NCBI GenBank assembly: GCA_977017575.1
Contig: CDRNVI010000169.1
Span: forward strand, 62,001 to 126,000
Reading direction: 5' to 3'
Source of the DNA: Paramoeba atlantica
Taxonomy: Eukaryota > Protista > Discosea
Length of the DNA stretch: 64,000 nucleotides
A program made the position numbers and the translations under genes. How positions within the stretch are numbered: position 1 is the first letter of the stretch; each line of letters opens with the position of its first letter. The notes under the pieces are model-generated. The model worked only from the letters and a program-made list of their open reading frames with translations, made no database searches and had not been told where the DNA came from. This document shows positions 33,264 through 46,215 of the stretch, piece by piece.

Positions 33264-33603
33264 GAGATTCTTGTTATTTTTTCTCCCTTTTACCCTTTCT
33301 TTTTCACTGAAAGAATTTTTTTCAGAGAAATTCAATTCACCAAAACCCTTCCCAAAAAAACAACACAATTTGAAAAAAGTCGTTCAATTGAATGACACAA
33401 AATTTTGTGACACCACAAAATTCAGGCACAACAGAAGAAAAAAAGAAAAAATGTGGAACAAAAATGTGGAACAAAAAGAAACAGAAAACCCCTCAAAAAA
33501 CAAAAAACGCTCGAAAAAATAGAGCGCTAAATTTAGCGGAGGGGATTTTTCTTTTTGGGGGTTAAGTTAAGCGTTGTTTGCGTTTTTTGTTTTTGAAAAA
33601 AAG

Positions 33604-35375
33604 ATGTTTTCTTGTTCGAAAAGTCTTCTTATTCTTCTTGGTTTCTTTTATTTTCTTTGGACTTTCTTTTATTATTATTCTCTCTCTCTCTCTCTCTCTT
33701 TTCTTTCTTTCCTCTTTTTTTTCCTTTCTCTCTTCTTTTTTCTCTGACCTTTTTCTTTCTCTTTTTTCAGCTCTTGTGCTGATTGTGGAGTGCAAGAAAG
33801 AATACAAGGCCAAATTGAACGGCAGCAATCAACGTCCTGATCCTGGTTTTCTCTCTTCTCTCTCTCTTTCTCTTCTCTCTTATCTCTTCTCTCTCTCTTT
33901 TATTTTCTTTTTTGATAAAACTCTTGTTGCTTTTTTCTTCTTTTTCTTTTTCTTTTCTTTTTAATCATTTTTCTCTCTTTTCGATTAGTGAATACAACAG
34001 CGACTGGAACTGCAAAAATCGTTTATAAATCGAAAGATAATGTTCTTTCTCTCTTTCTCTTTCTCTTTCTCTTTCTTCTATCTCTCTTTCTCTTTGAAAA
34101 ATAATTCTTGAATGTTGTAGGTTACAACAATTGCGTGTACAGTGAAACATGATCTCCCTGAAATTATTGGGTAAAATCTTCTTCTTTTTGTTGGGAAAGA
34201 GAGAGAGTGAAAGAAGAGAAAAAAGGAGAAGAGAAAAGAGAAAGAGGGGGAGGGGATAAGGAGGATTTTTTTTTGTGTGTTTTAATTATTTTCGTTTTAT
34301 TTTATTTTTATTTTATTTTGATTTTAATTTGATTTTAATTTGATATTTTAATTTGATATTTTAATTTAATTTTAATTTGATTTTAATTTGATTTTAATTT
34401 GATTTTAATTTGATTTTAATTTGATTTTAGAGCTCACATTCATGGACCTGCGACTACTGAAGACACTGCCCCTCCTGTTTTTATCTTTACCATTGCTGAA
34501 GGGTTTTTTTTTCTTTTTTTTTCTTTTTTTCTTTTTTCTTTTTTTCTGAACCAAAAGTTTTAAATAGTGAAGCGAATAGCGTCATTGAAGAGACTTTTAC
34601 TCTTCTCCCAGGTTTTATTTTTGTTTTTCTTTTTTGCATTTTGTTTTAAACATTCATTTTAAACATTCATTTTAAACATTTATTTTAAACATTTATTTTA
34701 AACATTTATTTTAAACATTTATTCAAATTTGGTTTTTAAAAATTTTGATAAACTTTTCTTTTGACAAAATTGTATTTTTGTTTTACAGAACAAGAACAAA
34801 TTCTTTTTGAAAAGTTGATGTACGTTAACTTGCACACTGTTACCCATCCAAATGGAGAAATTCGAGGCCAAGTCGTTCCTGACAATCACTCCGGTCTTTC
34901 TCTTTCCTTTTTCCTTTCTCTTTTCTCTTTTCTTTTCTTTTTTCTTTTTACTTTCCTTTTTTCTTCTTTCTAAATTTTTCTATTTGTTTCTTTTTTGCTT
35001 TTCTTTTTTGATTTCAAAAACCAAATTGACAATTTATCTTCTTTTTCAGATGATGATACTACCATTATCATTGTTGCAGTTGTTGTTTCCTCTGTTGCAC
35101 TGATTGCTCTTATTGCTTTTGTTATTTTTTATAAAAAAAGACAATCTGGAGGGTTTGTGGAATTCTTTTTCTTTTTCTTCTCTCTTTTTCTTTCTCTCTT
35201 TTCCATTACAAAAGAATAACACTCAACAAATTAATTCTCCAAAAAAAAGAAACAAACAAAAAAAAATTGAAATAGAAAAGAAGAAAGAAATCTAATCCAT
35301 TCAAGTAGAAAATCAGCTCCTCCAGAGAGAGCTGGAGCAGGAAGTTACAGAAGACAAGAAAACCCTGATGTTTAA
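33604..35375 (+). CDS. Type I membrane protein with a single CHRD domain
   Basis: Signal peptide MFSCSKSLLILL|ALVLIVEC; YKAKLNGSNQRP; TTATGTAKI; AHIHGPA; LMYVNLHTVTHPNGEIRGQV; TM segment IIIVAVVVSSVALIALIAFVIFYKKR; stop at 35375. Confidence 0.88.
34320..34425. repeat. Intronic TTTTAATTTGA minisatellite
   Basis: Multiple tandem 11-mers. A similar TTTTAAACATTTA array lies at about 34640-34720. Confidence 0.85.
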
Positions 35376-35478
35376 AATTGTTTTCTTACAATTCTTTATT
35401 TTTCAATTCTTATATTCCTTTTTCTTTTTCAAAAAAAATAAAAAGTTCTTTCTTTTTCAAAAAAAAACCATTTAACTC

Positions 35479-35509
<31 letters not shown>

Positions 35510-35512
35510 CTC

Positions 35513-38313
35513 TCAAATTTCTTCCTCATCATCAAAATCGGGAAAAGATACAGGGTTTAAGAGACCAAGTTTTCGAACAATTTCTTGTAATGATGAGATA
35601 TTTGACTTTGCTGTTCTCATACTATCTGCAATGTCCTACAAAAAAAAGCAAAAAAAGAATTTTTTTTAAAAAAAAGAAAACACCCTCAAAAATAAAAGAG
35701 AAAAAAAGAGAAAAAAGAAAGAAAAAGAGAAAAAAGAGAAAAAAGAAAAAAAAGAGAAAAAAGAGAGAAAAAAAAACTTGTGTATGTTCGAGGAGAGTTT
35801 CCTTCATATGATCAGCAGGTTGTTTCATTCCAATCCGAGTGGAAACAAACCCTGACGCCAAGAGCATTCCGAGTGTCTCTCTTGATTCTGTGTTGTGTTT
35901 CCCTTTTTTTATTATTTATTTTTTTTTTGGTTTAAAAGAAAAAGAGAGAGAGAGATGTGAGAAAAAATGAGAGATATATTTCTTTTTTTAAGGTTTTTTT
36001 TTTGTGTTGTTTCTTCTAAAGAAGAAAAGAAAAAAGGAAGGAAGAAGGAAGAAGGAAGAAAGAAAAAAAAAAGAAGAAAGATGGGAGAAAAAAAAGGAAG
36101 AAAACTTACTCAATTTATCAATGAGTGGCCTAAAAAAAAAGAAGGAAAAAGATTTGTCAATTCATAATAATGTTTTGAAAAGAAAGAAATTATTTTCAAA
36201 GAAAATTCAAAACTGTTCCGTTCCATAATCAATTGTCTCAGAATCTGTTTCATCTGGTTTCTAATTTTCCCAAAAAAATATTTAATACAAAGTTGAAAAA
36301 CAATTAAATAAAAAATAGAATCGAACAATTAAATTTTCATAATCATACAACAATACAACGACACAACAAGAAATACAAGAAATACAAGAAATACAAGAAA
36401 TACAATAATACAAGAAATACAATAATACAAGAAATACAATAATACAAGAAATACAATAATACAAGAAATACAATAATACAATAATACAATAACGAAATAA
36501 AAAAACAAGACGACAATGTAATAATAATACAAGTAAAAAGAGAAGAATGAGAAACCGAATGAAGATATGCTTTTTTGAGCTTGGTAATTCTGCAAAACAA
36601 AACAATTCTCAGAATCAAAAGAAAAAGAAAGGGAAGAGAAGAGAAGAGAGAAAAGAGAAGGGAAAAAAGAGAAGAAGGGAAAAAAGAGAAAAGAAAGAGA
36701 AGAGAAAAGAGAAGAGAGAAAAAAAAACCTTTCAAGATTGGGAGAAGAAGAAGGAGAAGGTCTCTGCAATGGTTTAATTTCTTCTCCCAATTCATCATCA
36801 TCATCTTCTTCTTCTTCTTCCTCTTCTTCATCATCATCATCTTCTTCTTCGAGGTTTCTTGATTTCATGAGCTGCAAAAAATGTTATTCAACATAAAAAT
36901 TTATTTTTTGAATTTCTCTCTCTCTTTCTCCCTTTCTCTCTCTTCTCCCCTCTCTTTCTCTCTCCCACTTTCTCTCCTCATTCTCTCCTCCTCTCTCTCT
37001 CTCTCTCTCTCTCTCCTCTCTCTTCCCCTTCTCTTCCCTTTCTCTTCCCCAAAAAACAAAAAAAAAACCTTCGCAAGTTTGGCATGACCAACCGGAGGAC
37101 GAGGAACAGAAGAGTGTTGTTGTTGTTGTTGTTGTTGTTGTTGGTTCCCTTTTTTTGCTTCTTGTACTTTTAGTGCTGCTTCTTGTACCTTTTTTTTTAT
37201 TATTATTTATTTTGGGGGAGAGAGAGGAGAGAGAGAGAGAGGAGGGAGGAGAGAAGGGAGAAGAGAAGGGGGAGAGAAGGGGGAGAGAAGAAAAAGAAAG
37301 AGGGGAAAGAAAGAAAAAGAGAAAGAGAAGAGGAATTATTTTTTCTGAAATTGTGATTCAATTTAAAAACTTAAATCCAAAAAAAAGAAAATAAAATAAA
37401 CCTTTTCGATTGCATCTTTTTCTTCTTTTGAAACACTTTCTTCTCTCTTCTTCTCTTCTTTCTTTCTCTCTTTCCTTTCTTCTTCTTCTTTCTCTTCTTC
37501 TTCTTCCTCTTCCTCTTCCTCTTCTTCTTCTTCTTCATCTTCATCATCTTCTCCTTGGACAACATTTCCTTTTGCCAAACGAGCCATGAGACTACCCCCT
37601 TTTCCTCCTCCTCCAAACTTCTTCACTTCTTTCTTCTTTTCTATTACTTTTATCTCTTCTTCTTCTTCTTCTTCTTCTTCGTCTTCTTCATCTTCTTCAT
37701 CTTCTTCTCCTTGAACAATTCCTTTTCCTTTTGCCACTCGAGACATTAATCCAAATTTTGGTGTTTGTTTTTTCTCTGTTTTTTTTTTTGAGAAAGAAAG
37801 AAGAAATAAAAATTTATTATTTGAATTATGAAAGAAAATAAAAACAAAATAAAAATAACAACAAAAATAAATAAAATAAAAATAAATAAAATAAAAATAA
37901 ATAAAAATAAAAACAATAAGCCAAGAAGAAAAGAGAAAAGAGAAAAAGAAAAAGAAAAAACCAGATTGATGAAAGTGAAGAAGACAAAAAATTTGATTTT
38001 TGGAAATTCGAAAATTTGAGAGATTTAATTCTTTCTTACAAATTGTACAAAGAAAACATTCCTATTATTTTTATTTTTATTTTTATATTTCTATTTCTAT
38101 TTCTATTTCTTTTTCTTTTATTTTCTTTTCTTCTTTTCTTTTCTTTTTCTTTCCTTTTTTTTTCTTTTCTTCTTTCGTCTCTTTTTCTTATTTTCTTCAT
38201 TTTTTTCTTCTCACCTGATGATAAATTCGATCAAGGGAATTGAGTTTAACTTCAATTTTGTTTTCACCTTCGACTTTTTTCTCACAAACTGGACAATTTT
38301 CCTTTTCAGACAT
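35513..38313 (-). CDS. LIM-domain protein with acidic/glycine-rich repeats and a C-terminal coiled coil (KxDL-like)
   Basis: MSEKENCPVCEKK...RIYHQ|ECFLCTICKKEL...FCLLH gives the full LIM Cys/His pattern. Two poly-Glu/Asp tracts. Terminal exons HMKETLLEHTQ|DIADSMRTAKSNISSLQEIVRKLGLLNPVSFPDFDDEEEI*. Confidence 0.8.
36345..36500. repeat. Intronic AATAC/AAGAAATAC minisatellite
   Basis: Tandem AATACAAG(A)/AATACAAT units. Confidence 0.85.
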
Positions 38314-38732
38314 TATTTCCCTTTCGCATAAAAAAAGAAAGAAACAAAAAAGAAGAAAGAAACAAAAGAAAGAAACAAAAGAAAGAAAAGAAAAACAGAA
38401 AAGAAAAAGAAAAAGAAAATGGGAATCTCAAAAAATGAATATTAAGAGATTCTTATCCGAAAATCGTTCGAGATTCTTATCCGATATCTCGAGTTTTGTT
38501 TGATTTTTTTGGTTTTTTGTTTTTTTTTGTTTTTCTTTTGTTTTTCTTTTGTTTTTCTTTTGTGATCTCTTTTGAAATTTCGAAAGAGAAGAAAAGAAAA
38601 AAGAAAAAAAGAAGAAAAAAAAAGAAATCAAAAAAAGAAAAAGAAAAAAAAAGGAAAAGAAAAAAGAGATCAAAAAAAAAGAAAAAAAAAAGAAAAGAAA
38701 AAGAAAAAAAAAAGAAAAAGAAAAAAAGAGAA
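38314..38732. promoter_or_regulatory. Probable bidirectional promoter between the LIM gene and the huntingtin homolog
   Basis: 419 bp between divergent ATGs. 15-bp direct repeat GAGATTCTTATCCGA at 38446-38460 and 38470-38484. Confidence 0.55.
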
Positions 38733-41700
38733 ATGACAACAATAACAACACAAATCGAAGTATTGGAAAAAGCATGTTCACCATTTGGAGAAAGAAAAGA
38801 AACTGATTTTTCTCTTTCTTCTTCAAAATCTGCTCCTTCTGTTTCTCTTTCTTCTTCTTCTTCTGGTTTTTTTTTGTTTTTTTTTTTTTTGGAAAGAGAA
38901 GGAGAGAAGAAGAGAAGAAGAGAGAAGAGAGAAGGAGAGAAAGAGGAGAGGAGAGAGAATTTTATTCCATTTTTTTTCTTCTCTTCTCTCACATTCTTTC
39001 TTTTCCTTCTCCTCTCTTTTCTCTCCTTTCCTCCTCTCTCTTCTTTCCTCTTCCTCTTTCCTCTTTTCTTTTCTTTCTTCTTTCTTTTCTCTCTCTTTCT
39101 TTCTACTCTTTCTCTCCTTCTCTCCTTCTCTCTCTTTCCTCTCTCTCTTTCCTCTCTCTTTCTCTAGAAATAAGTAGAGAACAAAAGATACAAGCAATAA
39201 GAGGAGCAGCTCGTCATTTGGTTACTGTTCGTATTCCCAATGTCCAAAAAGCAAAGAAAGAATTTGTCTCTCTTCTTCAGGTCTCTCTTTTCTCTCTCTT
39301 TTCTCTCTCTTTTCTCTCTCTTTTCTCTCTCTTTTCTCTGTCATTTGGTAATACATGTTTTCTCTCTTTTATGATTAATATTCTTTTATTACTTTAATAA
39401 ATTAATTCATTATTAACAAAAAAATACAAGAGAAAATAGTTCGATATTTGTTATTAATACATGATTGATATCTTTTTTATTAAATCAATAAGTTAATTTA
39501 ATAAAATTACTAACAAAAAAACAACAACAACAACAGAAAATAGTTCGATATTTGTTATTAATACATGTTATTAATTATTTAATGAATTAATTCATTTCTA
39601 ACAAAAAAAACACACAACAGAAAATAGTTCGAGATTTGTTATTAATACACGATTTATATCTTTTTTTATTAAATCAATAAGTTAATTTAACAAAATTACT
39701 CACAAAAAAAACAACAGAAAATAGTTCGATATTTGTTATTAATACACGTTATTAATTATTTAATTCGTTTCTAACAAAAAACACACACAACAGAAAATAG
39801 TTCGATATTTGTTATTACTACATGATTTATATCTTTTTTTATTAAATCAATAAGTTAATTTAATAAAATTACTAACAAAAAAAAACAACAACAACAGAAA
39901 ATAGTTCGATATTTGTTATTAATACATGATTGATATCTTTTTTATTAAATCAATAAGTTAATTTAATAAAATTACTAACAAAAAAACACACAACAGAAAA
40001 TAGTTCGATATTTGTTATTAATACATGGAGATTCAGATCAAAATGTTTGTACTGCTGGGACTGAGGCCCTTTTTATTGTGTTGAGAGAGTTTGTTACTAA
40101 GCCTTATGCTGATATTATTATTCTTCAAGTTTTTAAAGGTTTTTTTGTTTTTTTGTTTTTTTGTTTTTTTTTTTGTTTTTTTTTTTGTTTTTTGTTTTTT
40201 GTTTTTTGTTTTTTTTTTGTTTTGTTTTTTTGTTTTTTGTTTTCCATTTTTATTTTTTATTTACTTTATTTGCTTTTATTTACTTTTGGAAAAGTGATTT
40301 TTTTTTAAAAAAACTTTTTTTTCACAGTTATTAGACCATCATATCCTTCACGGACCGTTCGAGGTTTCTTTTCTCTCTTTTCTCTCTCTCTCTCTTCTTT
40401 ATCTCACTCCTTTTCTCTCTCTCTCTTTTCTATTTCTACAGCGGGACTAAACATAATAGGAGCAATATCAAAACATATTAAACCAGCCAGAAGTAGAAAA
40501 TATCTCAAAACTGTTCTCCAAACAATTGAATTTCTTCTCGGTGTTGTTCAGAGAGAGAAGAGGGAAGAGAGAGAGGAGGGGAAGAGAGAAGAGGAGAAGG
40601 GGGGAGAGGAGAAGGGAGAGAGAGGGAGAGAGAGGAGGGGAGAGAGAGAAGAAGAGTTTTTTGGGGATCCGTTTGGGGTGAGAAGAGATCCTTTGGTTCA
40701 TAAGGCTGTTTCTGAGATGATTGAAAATGTTTCTGAGATTTTGATTTTTTATATGAGAGAAAAGGAAGCTCAGAGTTTGATTGAGTTGTTGAGGTTTTTT
40801 TTTTTTCTATTATTTTTTATTTTTTGTTTCTTTTTTATTTTATTATTTTCAGTTTAAAATCAAATAAAGATAATTCTTGGGTTGAGAGGCACTTTTTCGT
40901 ATTCTGAAAGAAATTCCTCCTTTCTTCTCTCCTTTCTTCTCCTTTTCTCTCCTTTTCTCTCTCCTTTTTTTTCTCCCTTTCTTTCCCCAGCTCCTATCTC
41001 ACAGACAAACTGCCGGCCATTCGCCGTTCCGCCTCATCTTCGATTAGTAGTATTTGCCGTCACTACCCGAAAAATGTCTTTGCTTTTGCTGTGACACAAC
41101 TCACCATAATTTGGGATCGTCACGCTCCTCTTTTAGAACATCGAATTCGAGTTCTTTTCTTCTTTTTTTTTCTTCTTTCTTTTTCTTTTCTGTTTTTGGT
41201 TTATTATTTTTCATAGACCCCAAGTTCAGTGAGAAACCTCTCTGTCCCTTCAAGCGACGAGGTTGCGAAAGAGGGGAAAGAGTTGAAGAGAACTTTGTCT
41301 TCTCCTCAAACAACAAATCTATCAACTCCAACAACAGCAGCTCCAACAACAGCTCCAACTCTTTCAACTTCAACTCCAGTTCCAAATATAGGAGGAAATG
41401 GAACCAATTTTGGAACAAATGGGGGGACACCGGAGGGGGTTGCTCATGGTGTATTAATTGCTTGTTTGGATTTGGTTAAACTTTCTGGTTCTTTTTATTC
41501 TCGTTCTCGTGATGTTCGCCAACCTATTTTGCCTCATTATCCAGGTTGGATTTTTTCTTTTTCTTTTTTTTTTCTTTTTCTTTTTCTTTTTTTTTTTTCT
41601 CTTTTTTTTTTTCTCTTTTTTTTATTCTTCTCATTTTTTGAAATAGTTCTTTTTCGTTTTTTGTTGGAAGTAACTGAGAAACCACTTGATCAGGTTTCTT

Positions 41701-44700
41701 TTTCCTTTTCTCCTCTTCAATCTCTTTTCTTTTTCTAAATTTTATTTAAAGAGCGCAAATTTAATGGCAGCAGCATGGGAGTTATTTTCAGAAATATTAT
41801 CCACACACGGCCATATCATCAATGCTCTCCAACCCCCCTTTTCTTCCTCTGTTCCTATTTCTTCCTCTTCTTCTTCTTCTTGTTCACAACAACCACAACA
41901 ACCACAACAACCACAACAACCACAACAACCACAACAACCACAACAACCACAACAACCACAACAACCACAACAACAACCGCGTCTCTCTCCTCTCTCTTCT
42001 CTTACTGCAATGACTCCACCAATGGGGAGAATGTCACCTCGTTCTACTTCTCCCTCTTCTACTACTGCCCCTTCTCCTCTTCTTTCTCTTGCAGGGTATA
42101 AATCTGATGACGACTTTGAATATAGTGGGACAGAAGATGAAGATGGTCTCAAAGTAAGTCTTGAAGATGAGATGAAAGGAAGAGAGAGAATATTGAGAAA
42201 GAAAATTTGTGTCAATCATAATTGGGAAGATGGATTGGTTCATTTTCGGTATCATTGTCATTGTCATTTACCAAATATTATTACCATTTTGGACAGATTA
42301 ATTACTTGTTTGCTCCCCCAATCTGTTTTAACCCAAACGATAAAAACTCCAATTAGAGAAGGAGAAGAGGGAGAAAGAGAGAAGAGAGAAGAAAAGAGAG
42401 AGAAATTACCTTGTAAAGTGAGTGTGTCTGCTCCTGCTCTTAGTGTACTCTCTCTCTTGGCGACTGAGTATTTTCCTTGTTTTTGGTATATTCTCTTTCG
42501 GACTGATTATAAGAACCCTTGTTCTGTTTTGAAAGGAGGAGAGAGAAAAGAAGACTCCAAAAGAGAAGAAGATAAAAGAGAAGAGAAGAAAAGTGAAGGA
42601 AAAACAATTCTAGAAACAATTCTAGAAATCTATTCAAAGGAAACAGACCCATTGTTAAGAGGGGAATGTGTTTTATTATCTGGTGCTTTAATTCGTTCTC
42701 TATTAATTTGTCCTCTCCCTCTTGATTCTCCTCTTTCTTTTCGCTCTTCTTCTTCTTTATCTTCTTTATCTTCTCTAGCTTCTTCTTCTTCTTCCACTCT
42801 TTCTTCCTCTCTCAATCTCTCTTCCTTCCTTCCTCTCCTTTGCAAAATTGTTTCGCAAGGGATAGAAGATAACTCTGCTACAACTTCCAAATTGGCTATC
42901 CGTTCTCTTTCTTTCTTTCTCTCTTCTTTGGTGGCGAGTTGCTATGCAAGATCGAGTGGCCTCCCTCTTATTCGTTCTCTTCTTCTTTTTCCTTCTTCTA
43001 CTTACTGGGTTGTCAAAAAAGAACTTTTATCAAGTTTGGGAGGAATTGATTTTTTTGTTTTGAAACCAATATTGAAACTTTCTTCTTCTCTCTCTTCTCT
43101 TTCTTCTCTTCCTTCTTCTTCTTCTCAACTTGATTTATTGTCAAGACCACATGGAATGGGGTATGAGGGAGATATACAAGAAGAAGTTGTGAGATATATT
43201 TTGGGACAATTGATTGATACTGATCATCGTGTTCGACAAACTGCTGCTGAGGCACTTGTTGATTTGCTTCCTCGTCTTTCTTGTTATTCTCAGGTTTTCT
43301 CTTTTTTTTCTCTGATTTTTCTCTTTTTTTTGATGAACTAAAATTAATTCTTCTTTTTTGCAACAATTAAAACAAATAAAACATAAAAAATTCACATTTT
43401 CTCACAAAAAAAAAAACATACAAAAAAAAATACTCCAGCTCGGAACATCAAACTCAGTCCCACATCTTCTCTCTTCCTTTCAAAACCACCATCTAGCAGA
43501 AGATTCCCCCTCAGATTTCCAATCTTTTTTTCGACACACAATAATAACAAATTTGTCTTTTTTGATGTCTAAAATTGTTAGTTTGTGTGACGAAATGGGG
43601 GGGGATTGTGGAGATGGTGATTGGGAAGATGGTTTTTTGAGAAAAGATTCGAGCGCTCATGTTCAGCAGAGGGTTGAGGGTTTGAAGGGGGTTTGTTGTT
43701 TAATTTATTTTCTTGATATTTTTATTTATTTATTTATTTATTTATTTCTTCTTATTTATTTCTTTATTTCTTTATTTTTTTTTATTATTATTAGATCTTT
43801 ATCTACTTTTATTCTTCCTCCTTATTTATTTCAAAATTTAAATTTCTTTACTTCTTCAAGGTGTACTTGGCAATGGTCCTCTTAACCGAAAGAAATTGGC
43901 TCGAAGAAAAACACATCCGAACCTTTTTCACAATGTGGAAAAATCTCGGCCGAGCAAAAGAAGGATGTGGAATATTTTCCCCTCCCTTCTCTCTTTCTTC
44001 TTCTCCCTTTCCCTCTCTTTCTCCATCTGATCTTGATGTTGAGGCTCCTGAGGGTGGAGGAGGGGCTGGTGTTGAGTTGATACATCCGATGGGTGTTTAT
44101 TCTTCTGATATTCTTCCTTTGCTTTTTGAGAGGTTTGTTGGTGGCGGTTTTGAGAGAGAGTGAGAGAAGAAAGAAAGAAGAAAGGAGAAGAAGATCGAGA
44201 AATAGAAAGAAAGAAAAGGAAGAAAAAATTATCGATTTTGGTGAATTTTAATCAAAACAAATTAACAACAGATTTTGTTTCTCACCAATATTGGCTGATA
44301 TTGAAGGATCAATTCTTTTATTACGATTAATTTATGTTTTGTTTGACAAAAGTGGGAGTTTGGCTGATGATTATGCTCCTTTTGCTTTGTATCATGTTTT
44401 GAGATTGATTTCTATGTTGACTGCTTTGAAAAGAAGGTTTTTTTTTCCTTTGTTTTTTTTTCCTCTTTCTTTTTTCTTTTTTTTTTTAATCCTCTCTCTT
44501 CTTCCAAAGCAATTTCACTCTCGCATTTTCTGCAGTCTGCACTGGGTTCCCTCTCTTCTTTCCTCCCACTCCTCAACAACCAACTCCCCAACCAACTCCC
44601 CAACCACCACCGCCCTCTACCTCTCCTCCAAGACAAAGAACAAAACAAAGAAGAGGAGAGAGGGGAGAGAGAGGAGGAGAGAGGGGTTCGGGATTGAGGG

Positions 44701-46184
44701 GTGCTTCTCCTTCTTCTTTGGGGGGGAATGTGGGGGATGGGGGAGAAGATATTCCTTTTAATCTTTCTGAATCAGGTTTTTGATTTTTATTTTTTATGAT
44801 TTGAATAATGAATATTATTTCAAAAGAAAAAAAATAGAAATTTTAGTTCACAACAAAAAGAAGCAAAGATATTTTTCAACAAAAAACAAAAAACAAAAAA
44901 CAAAAACAAAAACGAACCACTTACAACAAAACAAAAAAACAACAGGGTATTACCTATCAGGATACGACGGAACACTATTCGAAGAGCTCTACAATCGTTT
45001 AAAACAAACACACATTTCTCTCCAAGGAATTGGAGGAAATTTCGATGATAAATATGCGATATTTCGTTCTGCTTGTTTTTCTGCTTTGTGGGTTTTGATT
45101 CGTGCTTGTGGCAAGTCTCGGGTCACTCCTTTTGTTTCGAGTATTTTTTCTTTTTTTTTGTTTATTTAATTTTAGTTTAAATTGTGATGATTTTTTAATT
45201 CTCATTTCAAAAAGAATTCGATTCATTCATTATTTTATTCTCTTTTTGTTCTATCTTTTTTTTCTTTTGTTCTCACTCAGTACTTTTTTAAGGTATTGTC
45301 GACGCATTTGTTGTTCATTTTCCAGATGAACCCGATGGAGTTGTTTTGGGCGTACGAGAATTGTTTATTGTTTGTTATGGAACTCCTTCTTCTTCTTTTT
45401 CTCCTTCTTCTTCTTCTTTTTCTCCTTCTCCCTTTCCTTCCCATCCTCGGGTTCTTCCTGGGCCAACACCTCGAACTCTTCTCTCTCCTTCTTTCTCACT
45501 TCCTTCCGGATCTTCTTCTTTTTCCTCTCTTCCTACTCCTCTTTCAAAGTTGAAAGAACAGTCCCTGTTGTTGAGGGATTTTGATCCTCTTCTTTCTTCT
45601 GATCAAGAGAGACACCTCTTTGGTTTTTTTTTCTTTCTCCTTTTTGAAACTAATCTTTCCTTTCTTTAATATTTGATTCACAGGAGATGGGTTTGCAGAC
45701 AATCTAACATATGGTGGAACATTTGAGAAGATATTTGGGAATGCTTTACCACCAAGATTTCGTTCTCTTCCTCACACAAGAAAAGAGAAAGAAGGGGAAG
45801 AAGAAGAAGAAAAGCTTGTTGAGAGGTTTGTTCATTACTATTCGATTCCAAAATGAGTATTCTGATCAAGTAAAATAAAAAACAGATTAGAAGAAGACGC
45901 AGAACTCCCTCTCAGTCCCCTCATCCGAACTCGGATCAAAAGAGGTGATCATAAAGCCCACCAACTCCTCCAAAAGCAAACAAGAGAAAGAGAAGAAAGA
46001 GAAGAAAGACCAAACACTGATTCTTTATTAAGATATGTTGATTTAAGAGTTCCAAGTGTATTGGCTTCACCAAATATGGCTCATTTGTTTTCTGAACCTG
46101 GAGGGGAGAGAGAAGGGAGAGAAGAGAGAGAGGGGGGCGATCGGAGGGGGTATGTGAGTAGTTCTTTGGCTCGTGCTGGTTTGG

Positions 46185-46215
<31 letters not shown>

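Noticed and set aside
38733-38800. N17-like amphipathic helix (EVLEKACSPF vs TLEKLMKAF)
   Set aside because: The similarity is limited to LEK and one Phe, which is too weak to claim.
39425-40030. CRISPR-like array of ~35-nt repeats with spacers
   Set aside because: The context is eukaryotic, the repeat equals an exon start, the spacers are related to each other, and there are no cas genes.
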